From IMG/VR virus record IMGVR_UViG_3300043775_002158, positions 1 through 64,000 of that record: DNA of 64,000 bases; one strand, 5' to 3'. Below the pieces are notes generated by a model that ran no database searches, was not told where the DNA came from, and was given only the letters and a program-made list of their open reading frames with translations. How positions within the stretch are numbered: position 1 is the first letter of the stretch; each line of letters opens with the position of its first letter. This stretch comes from a virus. Shown one piece after another: positions 1 through 9,067 of the stretch. The translations under genes were made by a program, and so were the position numbers.

Positions 1-179
1 ACTTGCCAAGCCATTTTTTGGATTACGTTCAAGGTCTCCTCAACGAAAACAATTCCGTTGGTTGTGGTTATCTTTGTTCCAACAATACCACTTTTCATAT
101 CAGTATCCATATAGATAGATACGATTTGGTCAACGTTTATTAATGTGGGTGTACCTCGGTGTGTTAATTTAATTAACAT
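1..179 (-). CDS. partial hypothetical protein, FlbD-like small beta protein (runs off window)
   Basis: Hand translation from ATG at 179: MLIKLTHRGTPTLINVDQIVSI...TKITTTNGIVFVEETLNVIQ, resembles the FlbD-like pattern. Confidence 0.55.
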   Translation of the reverse strand, partial: MLIKLTHRGTPTLINVDQIVSIYMDTDMKSGIVGTKITTTNGIVFVEETLNVIQKMAWQ

Positions 180-350
180 TTAATTTAATTTTAAGTTTAT
201 AAATAATAATTCCATTCTCGCAGGAACGACTTTTGTTAGATTACAAACATCACAACATTCATCATTCTCATTTTCAGTTTGTATTGGACTTGGGTCATTA
301 CCATAACCCTCGACTTCCTCACCACAAAAACAACATTTAATTTTACTCAT
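180..350 (-). CDS. small zinc-finger protein (56 aa)
   Basis: Hand translation MSKIKCCFCGEEVEGYGNDPSP...ECCDVCN; two CxxC-type pairs; stop abuts next ATG. Confidence 0.7.
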   Translation of the reverse strand: MSKIKCCFCGEEVEGYGNDPSPIQTENENDECCDVCNLTKVVPARMELLFINLKLN

Positions 351-356
351 TTTTAT

Positions 357-569
357 TTAATTTATAATTTCAAAAATATCCTCTCCAATAATCAATCCCA
401 AATTTCTACCATTATCCCAACGAACATTTACAACATCATATCCAACATTGTAAACAACCCCCTCACTTCCAACCTCAATAGGTAAAGGGTCATTGTTCAT
501 TGGTTCAATTAGTTTAACTCGTTTACCCATTAATATATTTGGGTTTACAACATAATCATTTACTATCAT
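357..569 (-). CDS. DUF4314-like protein
   Basis: GKRVKLI.MN.DP.PIEVGSEGVV...VNVRWDNGRNLGLIIGED pattern. Confidence 0.75.
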   Translation of the reverse strand: MIVNDYVVNPNILMGKRVKLIEPMNNDPLPIEVGSEGVVYNVGYDVVNVRWDNGRNLGLIIGEDIFEIIN

Positions 570-570
570 A

Positions 571-720
571 TTATTTAATTTTAGAGATTTTTAATTTGAT
601 ACCATAAACAACTAAATTGATTAACGATAAAACGAATAGACAAACACAAATACTCCAAAAGATAAAGATAAACTTTTGAATACCCTCTAATTGATTGTAG
701 ATTTCTTGATACATAAACAT
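571..720 (-). CDS. small membrane protein (49 aa)
   Basis: Hand translation MFMYQEIYNQLEGIQKFIFIFWSICVCLFVLSLINLVVYGIKLKISKIK; one hydrophobic helix; downstream of promoter at 748-755. Confidence 0.55.
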   Translation of the reverse strand: MFMYQEIYNQLEGIQKFIFIFWSICVCLFVLSLINLVVYGIKLKISKIK

Positions 721-747
721 TTATTTATTTGATTAACTAATATTACA

Positions 748-778
748 CGAAGGTAATACAAAGTTTTGATATCACAAA
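748..778 (-). promoter_or_regulatory. Bacteroidota sigma70-type promoter (-7 TACCTTCG, -33 TTTG)
   Basis: One mismatch to TAnnTTTG at 748-755, TTTG at 775-778. Confidence 0.55.
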
Positions 779-835
779 TTTATTTAGAATATTTTTGTTA
801 AAATATTGTTAAAGAATTTTTCACCTGTCACGTCC

Positions 836-1114
836 CTCCATTATTGTTTGGCATGTATGACAAACCCCCAAGATCCTGATCGTCGTCCTAAACTTGTTTG
901 GCATATACGATAATATCCGAATTTGCCACACAACATTACAAAACAAGCAGACTCAAGGGGGTTTGTATGACAAAGTTTGCCAAACAACAATTTTCCCATC
1001 GGAGAACCTCCTCTTCAAATTTATTTTGTTAAAACTATGTTAAAGGATTTGCCAAACCATATTAGAGATGACGATGACATCTTTGGGTTGTATGACAATT
1101 GCCAAACAACAATT
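836..1114. repeat. cluster of TGCCAAACA/TGTTTGGCA boxes
   Basis: Copies at 845-853 and 895-903 (inverted), 924-932 (variant), 978-986, 1050-1058 (variant), 1100-1108; longer unit TTGTATGACAA..TTGCCAAACAACAATT at 963-992 and 1088-1114. Confidence 0.8.
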
Positions 1115-1139
1115 CCTGGAAGGAGACGAATATGGTCAA

Positions 1140-1166
1140 AAAAAACCCCCACCTTTCGGTGAGGGT
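1140..1166 (-). terminator. intrinsic terminator of ORF 1187-1744
   Basis: Hairpin CCCCCACC-TTTC-GGTGAGGG preceded by A-run on + strand. Confidence 0.65.
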
Positions 1167-1186
1167 CGGTTAGTGGGGGAACTAAC

Positions 1187-1744
1187 CTAATCAATAATTG
1201 TATACTCTTGTTTGAGTATCTTAATTCTCTTGATGTGGTCTAAAGACATTACCTTATAATTTAAGGTATTCTCTAAACCATTTTGATACTTTGAATAGTC
1301 GGTCTTGGTATCAATCATATATTGTTGGAACAATAATTTCTCAATACTATTACCCTCAATCAAATATCTTGTGTCAAGATAACTACTATTGTGGTCTTGA
1401 TATCTAAAGTAGAATTTAGTCGGGTCGGACTTTAAAAATACTAAAGATTTAGAAACTAACTGATAAGGACTTTCTTTCTTATCCTCATTCACAATAGGGG
1501 TAATTCCCTCACTCTTATACTTTCTTTCTAATTGACTATCGTAATCAAAACCCGTTTGGATATTTGATAACTTTTGTTCAACTAAAACCTTATCGTAATA
1601 AGGGTTAGGGTTTTGTTTACCACTTTGTTTGAAGTCAAGATATTTGTTCATCTTAACTTTTTTTAATGTTGTCAATCCCACATTAGGGACAAAGATATCT
1701 ATACCTGATAGTATATCTTTTAGTTCAGTTTTAATAATGTTCAT
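1187..1744 (-). CDS. hypothetical phage protein
   Basis: 185 aa ORF with own promoter and terminator. Confidence 0.8.
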   Translation of the reverse strand: MNIIKTELKDILSGIDIFVPNVGLTTLKKVKMNKYLDFKQSGKQNPNPYYDKVLVEQKLSNIQTGFDYDSQLERKYKSEGITPIVNEDKKESPYQLVSKSLVFLKSDPTKFYFRYQDHNSSYLDTRYLIEGNSIEKLLFQQYMIDTKTDYSKYQNGLENTLNYKVMSLDHIKRIKILKQEYTIID

Positions 1745-1763
1745 ATCTTATTGTTTGTTCCCA

Positions 1764-1790
1764 CAAAGATATAGTATATATCAATACAAA
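1764..1790 (-). promoter_or_regulatory. Bacteroidota sigma70-type promoter (-7 TATCTTTG, -33 TTTG)
   Basis: Exact TAnnTTTG at 1764-1771 upstream of ATG 1744. Confidence 0.7.
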
Positions 1791-1810
1791 GTTAGAATAT
1801 ACAAATAAAG

Positions 1811-1830
1811 TTATCCACATTCCATTGTTA
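1811..1830. promoter_or_regulatory. DnaA box TTATCCACA plus inverted degenerate box TGTTAATAA
   Basis: Perfect consensus at 1811-1819; TGTTAATAA begins at 1826. Confidence 0.45.
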
Positions 1831-1863
1831 ATAACTTGGGGTTCACCTTCGGGAACTAATGTG

Positions 1864-1920
1864 GTTTGGCAAACTCTTGAGAACGAACCCCCTGATGGGA
1901 TACTCCATTATTGTTTGGCA
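1864..1920. repeat. second pair of GTTTGGCA boxes; 18-bp exact repeat of 836-853
   Basis: CTCCATTATTGTTTGGCA at 1903-1920 identical to 836-853; GTTTGGCA at 1864-1871. Confidence 0.8.
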
Positions 1921-2137
1921 GGTCGGGTAAGGTATTGATAGTCAAAGGGTTAGGGGTAGGTAGGAGTGTAGGTAGGGATATACCCCCTCCCCCCTCCCGT
2001 ATCCCCCCTTTATATAGTGTTTTAGGGGGGTCTATAACAGGGGGTCAATGCCACGACTGAAATTTTTCCAGAAAAAATCGGGGAAATTGATCTTACCCCC
2101 TAAAGTAGAAATAAAATTTTCCAGATTTTTTTAGGGA

Positions 2138-2145
2138 TATTTATA
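2138..2145 (+). promoter_or_regulatory. putative phage late promoter TATTTATA (representative of about 20 copies)
   Basis: Same octamer 4-20 nt before ATG at 2909, 3749, 4735, 5287, 6825, 7403, 9056, 12215, 17413, 17935, 28797, 36840, 37294, 59093 (+) and 14250, 21693, 42551 (-); also at 41680 before a small RNA. Confidence 0.75.
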
Positions 2146-2151
2146 TACTAC

Positions 2152-2790
2152 ATGAAACTATTAGATACCATATACGAATCCGTTCTATTAGAATACTCAT
2201 ATAAACTCATTGACCAATTGGTAGATAAGTTTAGTGAGGAAGGTGTAGATCCCGAAGAGGCGAGGGAGTATATCAATTTGTTTCATAGGTTCTCTCAAGG
2301 ACTTGATCCTAACAAAAGGGACATCATCAAGTATTCGTGGGACGAACTATATAGAACCGTTAATGATAAGAAAGATAGTAGAAGGATTAAGGCAGGGAAA
2401 ATCGGGGACAAGAATATAGATAAGGATGATGTTGTTTATGGTAAGGATGGTGTGATGATATATAGAGGGGACAGTAAGGAGAAATGTATTAGATATGGTA
2501 ATGGTTACAATTTATGTATATCTTCAAGAGGAGACGATAACAAATACGATGAATATACGAGTACCACAAGAAACTATTATTTTATATTCAACAATAACTT
2601 AGATAAGGATGACCCATTACATTTAATCGTTATACAGAGACTTTTATATCCTTTAACACGTGATTCAAGTCCATATGTACTATGGGATGCTGAAAACAGG
2701 TTGATGTTCCCCGCAGACAAATTACCAAGTTTCAAAACAATCGAATTGATATTACCTTGGTTAGAAGGACTTGAATATATCTTTGAATAA
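2152..2790 (+). CDS. leader-bearing putative virion protein, PcfJ-like domain
   Basis: MKLLDTIYE leader; YG..LCIS...N.YDEY...YYFIF motif shared with 17947 and 23098. Confidence 0.6.
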   Translation: MKLLDTIYESVLLEYSYKLIDQLVDKFSEEGVDPEEAREYINLFHRFSQGLDPNKRDIIKYSWDELYRTVNDKKDSRRIKAGKIGDKNIDKDDVVYGKDGVMIYRGDSKEKCIRYGNGYNLCISSRGDDNKYDEYTSTTRNYYFIFNNNLDKDDPLHLIVIQRLLYPLTRDSSPYVLWDAENRLMFPADKLPSFKTIELILPWLEGLEYIFE

Positions 2791-2919
2791 TAAAATTAGA
2801 ACTATATTTCTAATTCCTTTAATATTCCATACTACTTAAGGGGTAAAAACCTGTAAATGGAAATATATTTCCAAAATGAGAAAAAAAATTTCCAGAAAAT
2901 TTTTGTGATATTTATACAT

Positions 2920-3129
2920 ATGAAGATAGTACTTACAGAATCCCAACTAAAGACCGTTATAGATGAATCATCACAGAAGGTTAGATACTTTGAAGGTGAG
3001 GAGTATGGTATTCCCGAGCAAATCGATTGGTTGATCATGCAGAAGGAGTTTATCTACTTGGGTCAAGGATCAGGTCATAAATTGAAGTTAATCAATAATA
3101 TCATACATAATTTACAGAAATTAAAGTAG
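2920..3129 (+). CDS. leader-bearing hypothetical protein
   Basis: Start moved to ATG 2920 (MKIVLTESQLKTVIDE) just after TATTTATA. Confidence 0.75.
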   Translation: MKIVLTESQLKTVIDESSQKVRYFEGEEYGIPEQIDWLIMQKEFIYLGQGSGHKLKLINNIIHNLQKLK

Positions 3130-3130
3130 T

Positions 3131-3649
3131 ATGAAGATCCTTATATCAGAACAACAATTAAAGAGTATCGTAAAGAACCAACAGAAAGGTGCAATACTAA
3201 TTGGTGGTTTGGATGATAGAACAGACAAAAAAACAGGTGAACTTATCGATAAGACCATAGGTGAACAAATATCCCTATTAAAAAGTGCAAGTGGGTTCAG
3301 TAATATCATAGGTCTTAGGTATAGTACCTCAGATGGTGATATAAACAAAACCATATTAAATAACCCTAATTTTCCTATTGTATTATTCAGTGCAGGTTGT
3401 CAGAAAGCAGATGTGGTTTTAAATACTAATGGTGTTAACCCTAATAAAGTATTTCTTATACAACCATGGGCGGCAAGTAAAAAAAGAATGGACTACTATA
3501 ATGGATTATCCATACCAAAGAACCAAATATATGTCGGTAAATTTTCAAGTACCGGTAATGGTATACGTGGTGCAACCCGTTGTCCCGAAGGAATGGGTCA
3601 TTGGGAATCCCTTCCCGCAATTGGTGGAATGGTTTTAAAATTAAGATAA
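3131..3649 (+). CDS. leader-bearing alpha/beta-hydrolase-like protein
   Basis: MKILISEQQLK leader; LIGGL, VLFSAG nucleophile-elbow-like motif, C-terminal His (GMGHW). Confidence 0.55.
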   Translation: MKILISEQQLKSIVKNQQKGAILIGGLDDRTDKKTGELIDKTIGEQISLLKSASGFSNIIGLRYSTSDGDINKTILNNPNFPIVLFSAGCQKADVVLNTNGVNPNKVFLIQPWAASKKRMDYYNGLSIPKNQIYVGKFSSTGNGIRGATRCPEGMGHWESLPAIGGMVLKLR

Positions 3650-3713
3650 TACATAAAGATACCTCGGGTTTGAAGACCCGACTTAGGACCGGGACTAGTT
3701 ACATAGTACCGTT

Positions 3714-3744
3714 GGACACGAATTCGCTACTCGTGTCCTTTTTT
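3714..3744 (+). terminator. intrinsic terminator
   Basis: GGACACGA-loop-TCGTGTCC followed by T6. Confidence 0.75.
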
Positions 3745-3760
3745 AATATATTTATATAAC

Positions 3761-4702
3761 ATGAAGATCGTAATATCAGAACAACAACTTAGACGTATAA
3801 TAACGGAACAATCATCTACCGTTGTGGTAAAGGGTAGTTTCACCCCTACAGTTCCAGTAACCCATATTGATTTTTGTGATGAGTTACACGCATTTCAGAG
3901 CACAGGTGGTAAGGATATTGGTAACATGAACGTTATTGTTGGTAATAAACTCGAAGAGTTATATAATAACGGTATGAACCCTATGGTTTCTAATGTAAGT
4001 GTATCCGTTAAAGATAATAAAGTAAATTGGACCTGTACAATTGTTCCTAGTCCCGATGGTAAAGCGTGGGTTGGTTTCACCAGTCGTGGTGCTGGATGTA
4101 ATAACGACATTATTAAACGTGCCGAGTCAGTTTCACAAGGAAATGATATTGGGACCGCTAAGAAGAAAATAATGACTAAATTTAAGGAATCTAATATTGA
4201 TATTGAGAAGGTTAACGATTTCGTGTATAAAGGTGGTAAAAACTCGTTTAAACAGGTCTTCTATCGTTATACTAAACCTAACTCATTTCCACCTGTAAAT
4301 GGCCCTAAAACAACTCCTATTAACAAATCTAACAATACACCTGTAAGTGGTGGTAACGAGAACTACGATACTTTAAGAATTAACACATCCGATTTAACCT
4401 CATTCATACAAGAGGTTAGAACTAAGACACAAGGATTGACCGTTAGTTTGGGTTCATTAAAGACGGACATTACTCCTGATAATTGTTCATTTGAGATTTT
4501 ATATGTTAAACCTGGTCGTAAGGATGTTAGTGGTACTTGTAAAAAGATTAAAAGATTTACGGTTGCATTATCCACACAAAATGAAGGTGAAGCCGCGGCA
4601 GATAATATTCTAAGTAAGAACCCCGAATCTAAAGTTATTCGTAAAGGTACATTTGTTGAGAATGGTAATACAAGAACTTGGAAGTTAATTGCCGTGATGT
4701 AA
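3761..4702 (+). CDS. leader-bearing hypothetical protein
   Basis: MKIVISEQQLRRIITEQ leader; 313 aa, two domains with Pro/Asn linker. Confidence 0.8.
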   Translation: MKIVISEQQLRRIITEQSSTVVVKGSFTPTVPVTHIDFCDELHAFQSTGGKDIGNMNVIVGNKLEELYNNGMNPMVSNVSVSVKDNKVNWTCTIVPSPDGKAWVGFTSRGAGCNNDIIKRAESVSQGNDIGTAKKKIMTKFKESNIDIEKVNDFVYKGGKNSFKQVFYRYTKPNSFPPVNGPKTTPINKSNNTPVSGGNENYDTLRINTSDLTSFIQEVRTKTQGLTVSLGSLKTDITPDNCSFEILYVKPGRKDVSGTCKKIKRFTVALSTQNEGEAAADNILSKNPESKVIRKGTFVENGNTRTWKLIAVM

Positions 4703-4746
4703 CATACCACCCTAGGAGATCTTGGTATATAATATATTTATACATA

Positions 4747-5187
4747 ATGAAACTAATTGACCTGTTAACTGAGGATACTAATGAACCAAGAGTTGTGTAT
4801 TTTAATACCCCACATGGTTATAATGGTTCACCAGAAGATCATAAGATGATTAAGAAGATGATAAATGTCTATAAGGCCCTGTCTAAGGGTCGTGGCTTGG
4901 TTCAGATATATCATACCCTCAGATACCCACCTTTGGATGTATCCTACGAATTACCCCCTTTAAACACCACTGCAATCCTGATTGACTATCCTAGTAAGAG
5001 AGCACTTAAAGATGGTGAGGATATTGATTATACATTTGATGTTGTCGGTAAGGTGAAATATACCCTCCATAATTTTGAAACACAATATGATACCGACATT
5101 GATAGATTTATGATGCATAAGGGACATGAAATATCATTTGTCTATAAAAAGAGATTTGAGAACTTTGGTGTTGTTATCAGTTCTTAA
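4747..5187 (+). CDS. leader-bearing hypothetical protein
   Basis: Start moved to ATG 4747 (MKLIDLLTE) after TATTTATA. Confidence 0.75.
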   Translation: MKLIDLLTEDTNEPRVVYFNTPHGYNGSPEDHKMIKKMINVYKALSKGRGLVQIYHTLRYPPLDVSYELPPLNTTAILIDYPSKRALKDGEDIDYTFDVVGKVKYTLHNFETQYDTDIDRFMMHKGHEISFVYKKRFENFGVVISS

Positions 5188-5301
5188 TTTCTGACCTCCG
5201 ATAACCCCGTTCACGACTTTCCGACGCCGGAACCCCCGTTCGAAATTTATGTCTTTCTATTTTTGTGTCCGTTAATAATAGTGGGATATTTATATGTGTA
5301 T

Positions 5302-6798
5302 ATGAAACTATTTGATATTATATCTGAAGATGAGGAACTTGATGAAGGTTTTAAATCTGATGAACAATGGTTGGATGAATTAAAACGTAAATTTCCCGAT
5401 TGGGATTATAGTAATGCGGTAATATATAGTGATGGTAGAAGAAAAAGAATAAATAATGTTTTTTGTACCATACACAATCATTCCTTTCCTGAAGAGGGTA
5501 GATCGGAGGGAATTGATATGGATAAACATAAAAATGGTACCGGTTGTTATGATTGTGGAAAGGAAGTATGGAAAGAAAAGTTTAAAGAAAAACGTACATA
5601 CGGTAAAGAAGATTGGTTGGAAAAATTAAATGGGGTCAAACATTTCAAAAATAAATACGATTTCAGTAAATCAAAGTTTTTATTTGTTGAACCATTAAAA
5701 AATGGTCCATTGGTTACACACACATATTGTAAAATACACAAGAAATATTTTAATGGCGGTAAAGATGATCAAGGAATTAGAGCATCACATTACCCGGTTT
5801 GGAATTATCCGTGTCCACTTTGTAGAAAAGAAAGTCAATTTGAAAAAAATGCTATTTCTCATGAAGATTGGATTGATAGATTTAAATCTAATGAACGTAA
5901 TAAAAAATATGATTATAGTAAATCAGAAATCTATTATGAAGAAGGTGATAATAAAGCAAAGGTATATAACATAAAGTGTAATGTAAAAGGATTAAATGGT
6001 AAAAAACACGGTGTATTTGGTCAGGAAGGTCTAAGAGCTTTAAATCATGCAAATGGTAATGCTCAATGTCCTAAATGTGAATGTGAAGACAAACAAAAAG
6101 AATTTATTCAACAATCAAATGAAATTCATGGTAACAAATATCTTTATGATAAAGTAGATTTTTGTGATAAAGATAGTATCATAAAAAAAGAAAAAGGTAA
6201 TTATACTTCATATATTAGAAAAGTTTTAATTGGTTGTAAAAAACCAAACCACGGTTATTTTTTCCAAATTGCGGGTATTCATAAAACAGGTGCGGGTTGT
6301 CCTATTTGTAGAGAATCAAAAGGTGAGAACTATATTGATTCATTGTTAAAATCTAAATTTGGTGGAAAATATACAATATTAAGAGAAAACGATGCAACAT
6401 TCAAAACATTAATGGGTAAAAAAGGATTATTACCATATGATTTTTATATACCTGAATTAAAAGTTCTCATTGAATATGACGGTGAACAACATTTTTATCC
6501 CGTTTTTGGTTCATCGGATTATACTAGAAACCTTACTTATAACACAACATTCACAAATGATAATTTGAAAAATAATTATATTAAAATTAATACGGAGGGT
6601 ATTAGATTAATTAGAGTTCCGTATACGATGGAATTTAGTGAAATCAATGATTCGTTATTAGATGCGATTAAAAAAACACCACCAAATACAATTACGTATC
6701 TTGGTGAATATCCGAAAAGACATAATCGTAAGGAAGTTAAAAGTAAATTTAAAATAAACGAATCCAAATTATCCCTAATGAGTATATTAGAGTCATAA
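5302..6798 (+). CDS. leader-bearing endonuclease: zinc-binding repeats + C-terminal Vsr/DUF559-like PD-(D/E)xK domain
   Basis: Start ATG 5302 (MKLFDIISE); four YDYS...C..H...H...CPxC repeats; SKGE...LPYDFYIPELKVLIEYDGEQHF...LIRVPY. Confidence 0.85.
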   Translation: MKLFDIISEDEELDEGFKSDEQWLDELKRKFPDWDYSNAVIYSDGRRKRINNVFCTIHNHSFPEEGRSEGIDMDKHKNGTGCYDCGKEVWKEKFKEKRTYGKEDWLEKLNGVKHFKNKYDFSKSKFLFVEPLKNGPLVTHTYCKIHKKYFNGGKDDQGIRASHYPVWNYPCPLCRKESQFEKNAISHEDWIDRFKSNERNKKYDYSKSEIYYEEGDNKAKVYNIKCNVKGLNGKKHGVFGQEGLRALNHANGNAQCPKCECEDKQKEFIQQSNEIHGNKYLYDKVDFCDKDSIIKKEKGNYTSYIRKVLIGCKKPNHGYFFQIAGIHKTGAGCPICRESKGENYIDSLLKSKFGGKYTILRENDATFKTLMGKKGLLPYDFYIPELKVLIEYDGEQHFYPVFGSSDYTRNLTYNTTFTNDNLKNNYIKINTEGIRLIRVPYTMEFSEINDSLLDAIKKTPPNTITYLGEYPKRHNRKEVKSKFKINESKLSLMSILES

Positions 6799-6849
6799 TA
6801 TCAATAACTTTTTATAATTTTAATATATTTATATAACAAAGAACAATAT

Positions 6850-7335
6850 ATGAAAAATAGAGTAATACGTTTAACTGAGTCTGAATTAAAAAGATATATC
6901 AATAAAGTTATATCCGAACAATCTACACCACCACCTACAGGTGGAGGGTCAAATTTCAATCAAACAACACCAAAAGTACCTATTGTTGGGGGAACTCCGA
7001 CTGAAAAGTTGAGAGAATTGGTTGGTAAAGCGGTATTATGTAGAGCGTCAGATAATAGTGCAAGTTACAAATGCGTAATCAGAAGTGCTGGTCAAACTAA
7101 AAGTAATTATATTTATTTGACAGTAAGTTGTGAAAATGAACCCAAGGTTCAATGGATTAGATACTATGCTGATGATGATGACGAAAAAGAATTAACAGTA
7201 GGTGGTAGTTTGCCAACAAGACCTGTAACATGTAAAGGTTTAACTGATTGGTTACGTACAAATATTAAACCATATATGGAACAGTATGATTTTGCGAAAA
7301 AAGGTGGTTCTGACATGAACGCAGATTTTTCATAA
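6850..7335 (+). CDS. leader-bearing hypothetical protein
   Basis: MKNRVIRLTESELKRYINKVISEQ leader. Confidence 0.8.
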   Translation: MKNRVIRLTESELKRYINKVISEQSTPPPTGGGSNFNQTTPKVPIVGGTPTEKLRELVGKAVLCRASDNSASYKCVIRSAGQTKSNYIYLTVSCENEPKVQWIRYYADDDDEKELTVGGSLPTRPVTCKGLTDWLRTNIKPYMEQYDFAKKGGSDMNADFS

Positions 7336-7357
7336 ATGATTTGATGAAAAGATATAT

Positions 7358-7383
7358 AAACCCTCCACAACGGAGGGTTTTTT
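7358..7383 (+). terminator. intrinsic terminator
   Basis: AAACCCTCC-ACAAC-GGAGGGTTT plus T-run. Confidence 0.75.
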
Positions 7384-7417
7384 ATTTAATATTATATTGG
7401 GATATTTATATGTGTAT

Positions 7418-9055
7418 ATGAAATTATTAGATATTATATTGGAAAGAATCGAATCAAGAACAAAGGAAGATTTTCTATTGAAGATGAAAGAACTTTTTCC
7501 TTATCGTAATGGTAGTCTTTATGATTTCGGTAATCAGGAAAACTTTACAAAAAACTCTACGGTAAATGTTCATTGTAAAAAACATAATGTTGATTTCTCT
7601 GCACTTGTTGAATATCTATTGAAAGGTCGTACAGGTCCAAATGGATGTGGTGAGTGTAAGAAAGATGATAGTCAAAGTAATGTTAAATCAACTAAAAATG
7701 ATTTTTATAGTAAGGTAAAAGATATATGGAAGGATGAAAATGGAAATCCGTTATATATCTACAATAGACCAGGTTTGAGAAGATATACAGGTATTAATAA
7801 TGAATTTGATTTTTATTGTCCTAAAATTGGTTCCGATGGAAAACCCCATGGTAAACAAAGTATAAAAAACGCACAACTTCACATATATCAAAATGTTGGT
7901 TGTAGAAAATGTAAAGACGAACAAGGAATTGTTAAACAAGAACCAACCAATCTTTCTCGTGCGGAGTTTATAAGAAAAGTTAAAGAGAGAATGAAATTAT
8001 ACCACATTCCAATAAGTTGGTATGATTGGAAGGGTATGGAATATTCAAATCCATCAAGAAATACTAAAATAAAATGTTTAAAACATAATGAAGAAGTCAC
8101 AAGAGTAAAGGGTAAATATTTTTACACAGGTGTACCTTTATGTTCAGAATGTAATAGAATAGCGGTTAAAGAAAAAAAATTCATGGATAAAATTCATGAA
8201 CTATATGGTGACAGATTTGTTTTATTATCAGATTATATCGGTGGTGATTCACCAATTACTCTTGGTTGTACTTTACACGGGAAAACTCCATATCCTGTCG
8301 TGGTAAAATCTCCATCATCAATTTGGAAAAGTACTGAAAAATTTGGGTCAATTCAATGTAAAGAATGTGATAGGGTTAATAGTTTAAATAATTACAAAAG
8401 AACGTTTGAATCCTCACAGTCTAACAGATCTATTAAATATACTTATCCAAATATTGACAAAGAATTTGTTAATGCGAACACAAAAATACCTATTGAATGT
8501 CACGTAAAAGGTCCTAATGATGAAGAACATGGAATGTTTTGGCAAACGCCCGCAAATCATTCTACGGGACAAGGTTGTCCAATATGTCAAGAATCAAGAA
8601 ATGAAAGACATATTGGTGAACTATTAAGAAAAAATAAAATAGAATTTGAAAAAGAAAAGAATTATCCTGAACTTGGTAATCAAAAATTTGATTTTTATTT
8701 GCCTGAATATAATGTTCTTATTGAATATGATGGAAAACAACATTTTGAACCTACGTTTGGTAAATCAGAATACACTAGACAAATGAATTATAATATATTG
8801 TACGAAAGTGATAATATAAAAAATGAATTTATTAAAACTAATAATTACGGTTTGGGAATGATTCGTATACCACATACCCTTAAAGAAGGTCAATATGATA
8901 AATTATTAGAGAACGCATTGAAAGGTGGAGTTGAGAAAAATGAAATAAAACCATTGGGTGATTATCCGGAAAGAGAAACACCTAAAGAACCAGTACACCC
9001 TAAAAAAAGAGGCGAATCCAAATTATCGTTAATTGATACGTTAAAAAATATTTAA
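7418..9055 (+). CDS. leader-bearing endonuclease, paralog of 5302-6798
   Basis: Start ATG 7418 (MKLLDIILE); five C..H/CxxC repeats; FDFYLPEYNVLIEYDGKQHF; upstream GGGATATTTATATGTGTATATGAAA identical to that of 5302. Confidence 0.85.
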   Translation: MKLLDIILERIESRTKEDFLLKMKELFPYRNGSLYDFGNQENFTKNSTVNVHCKKHNVDFSALVEYLLKGRTGPNGCGECKKDDSQSNVKSTKNDFYSKVKDIWKDENGNPLYIYNRPGLRRYTGINNEFDFYCPKIGSDGKPHGKQSIKNAQLHIYQNVGCRKCKDEQGIVKQEPTNLSRAEFIRKVKERMKLYHIPISWYDWKGMEYSNPSRNTKIKCLKHNEEVTRVKGKYFYTGVPLCSECNRIAVKEKKFMDKIHELYGDRFVLLSDYIGGDSPITLGCTLHGKTPYPVVVKSPSSIWKSTEKFGSIQCKECDRVNSLNNYKRTFESSQSNRSIKYTYPNIDKEFVNANTKIPIECHVKGPNDEEHGMFWQTPANHSTGQGCPICQESRNERHIGELLRKNKIEFEKEKNYPELGNQKFDFYLPEYNVLIEYDGKQHFEPTFGKSEYTRQMNYNILYESDNIKNEFIKTNNYGLGMIRIPHTLKEGQYDKLLENALKGGVEKNEIKPLGDYPERETPKEPVHPKKRGESKLSLIDTLKNI

Positions 9056-9067
9056 TATTTATAAGAT

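Noticed and set aside
836-1114. CRISPR array or mini-array
   Set aside because: Repeats are short, in mixed orientation and irregularly spaced; no cas genes in the window
977-1162. 61-aa ORF in the repeat zone
   Set aside because: TTG start inside a repeat, runs into an opposite-strand terminator, no recognisable features
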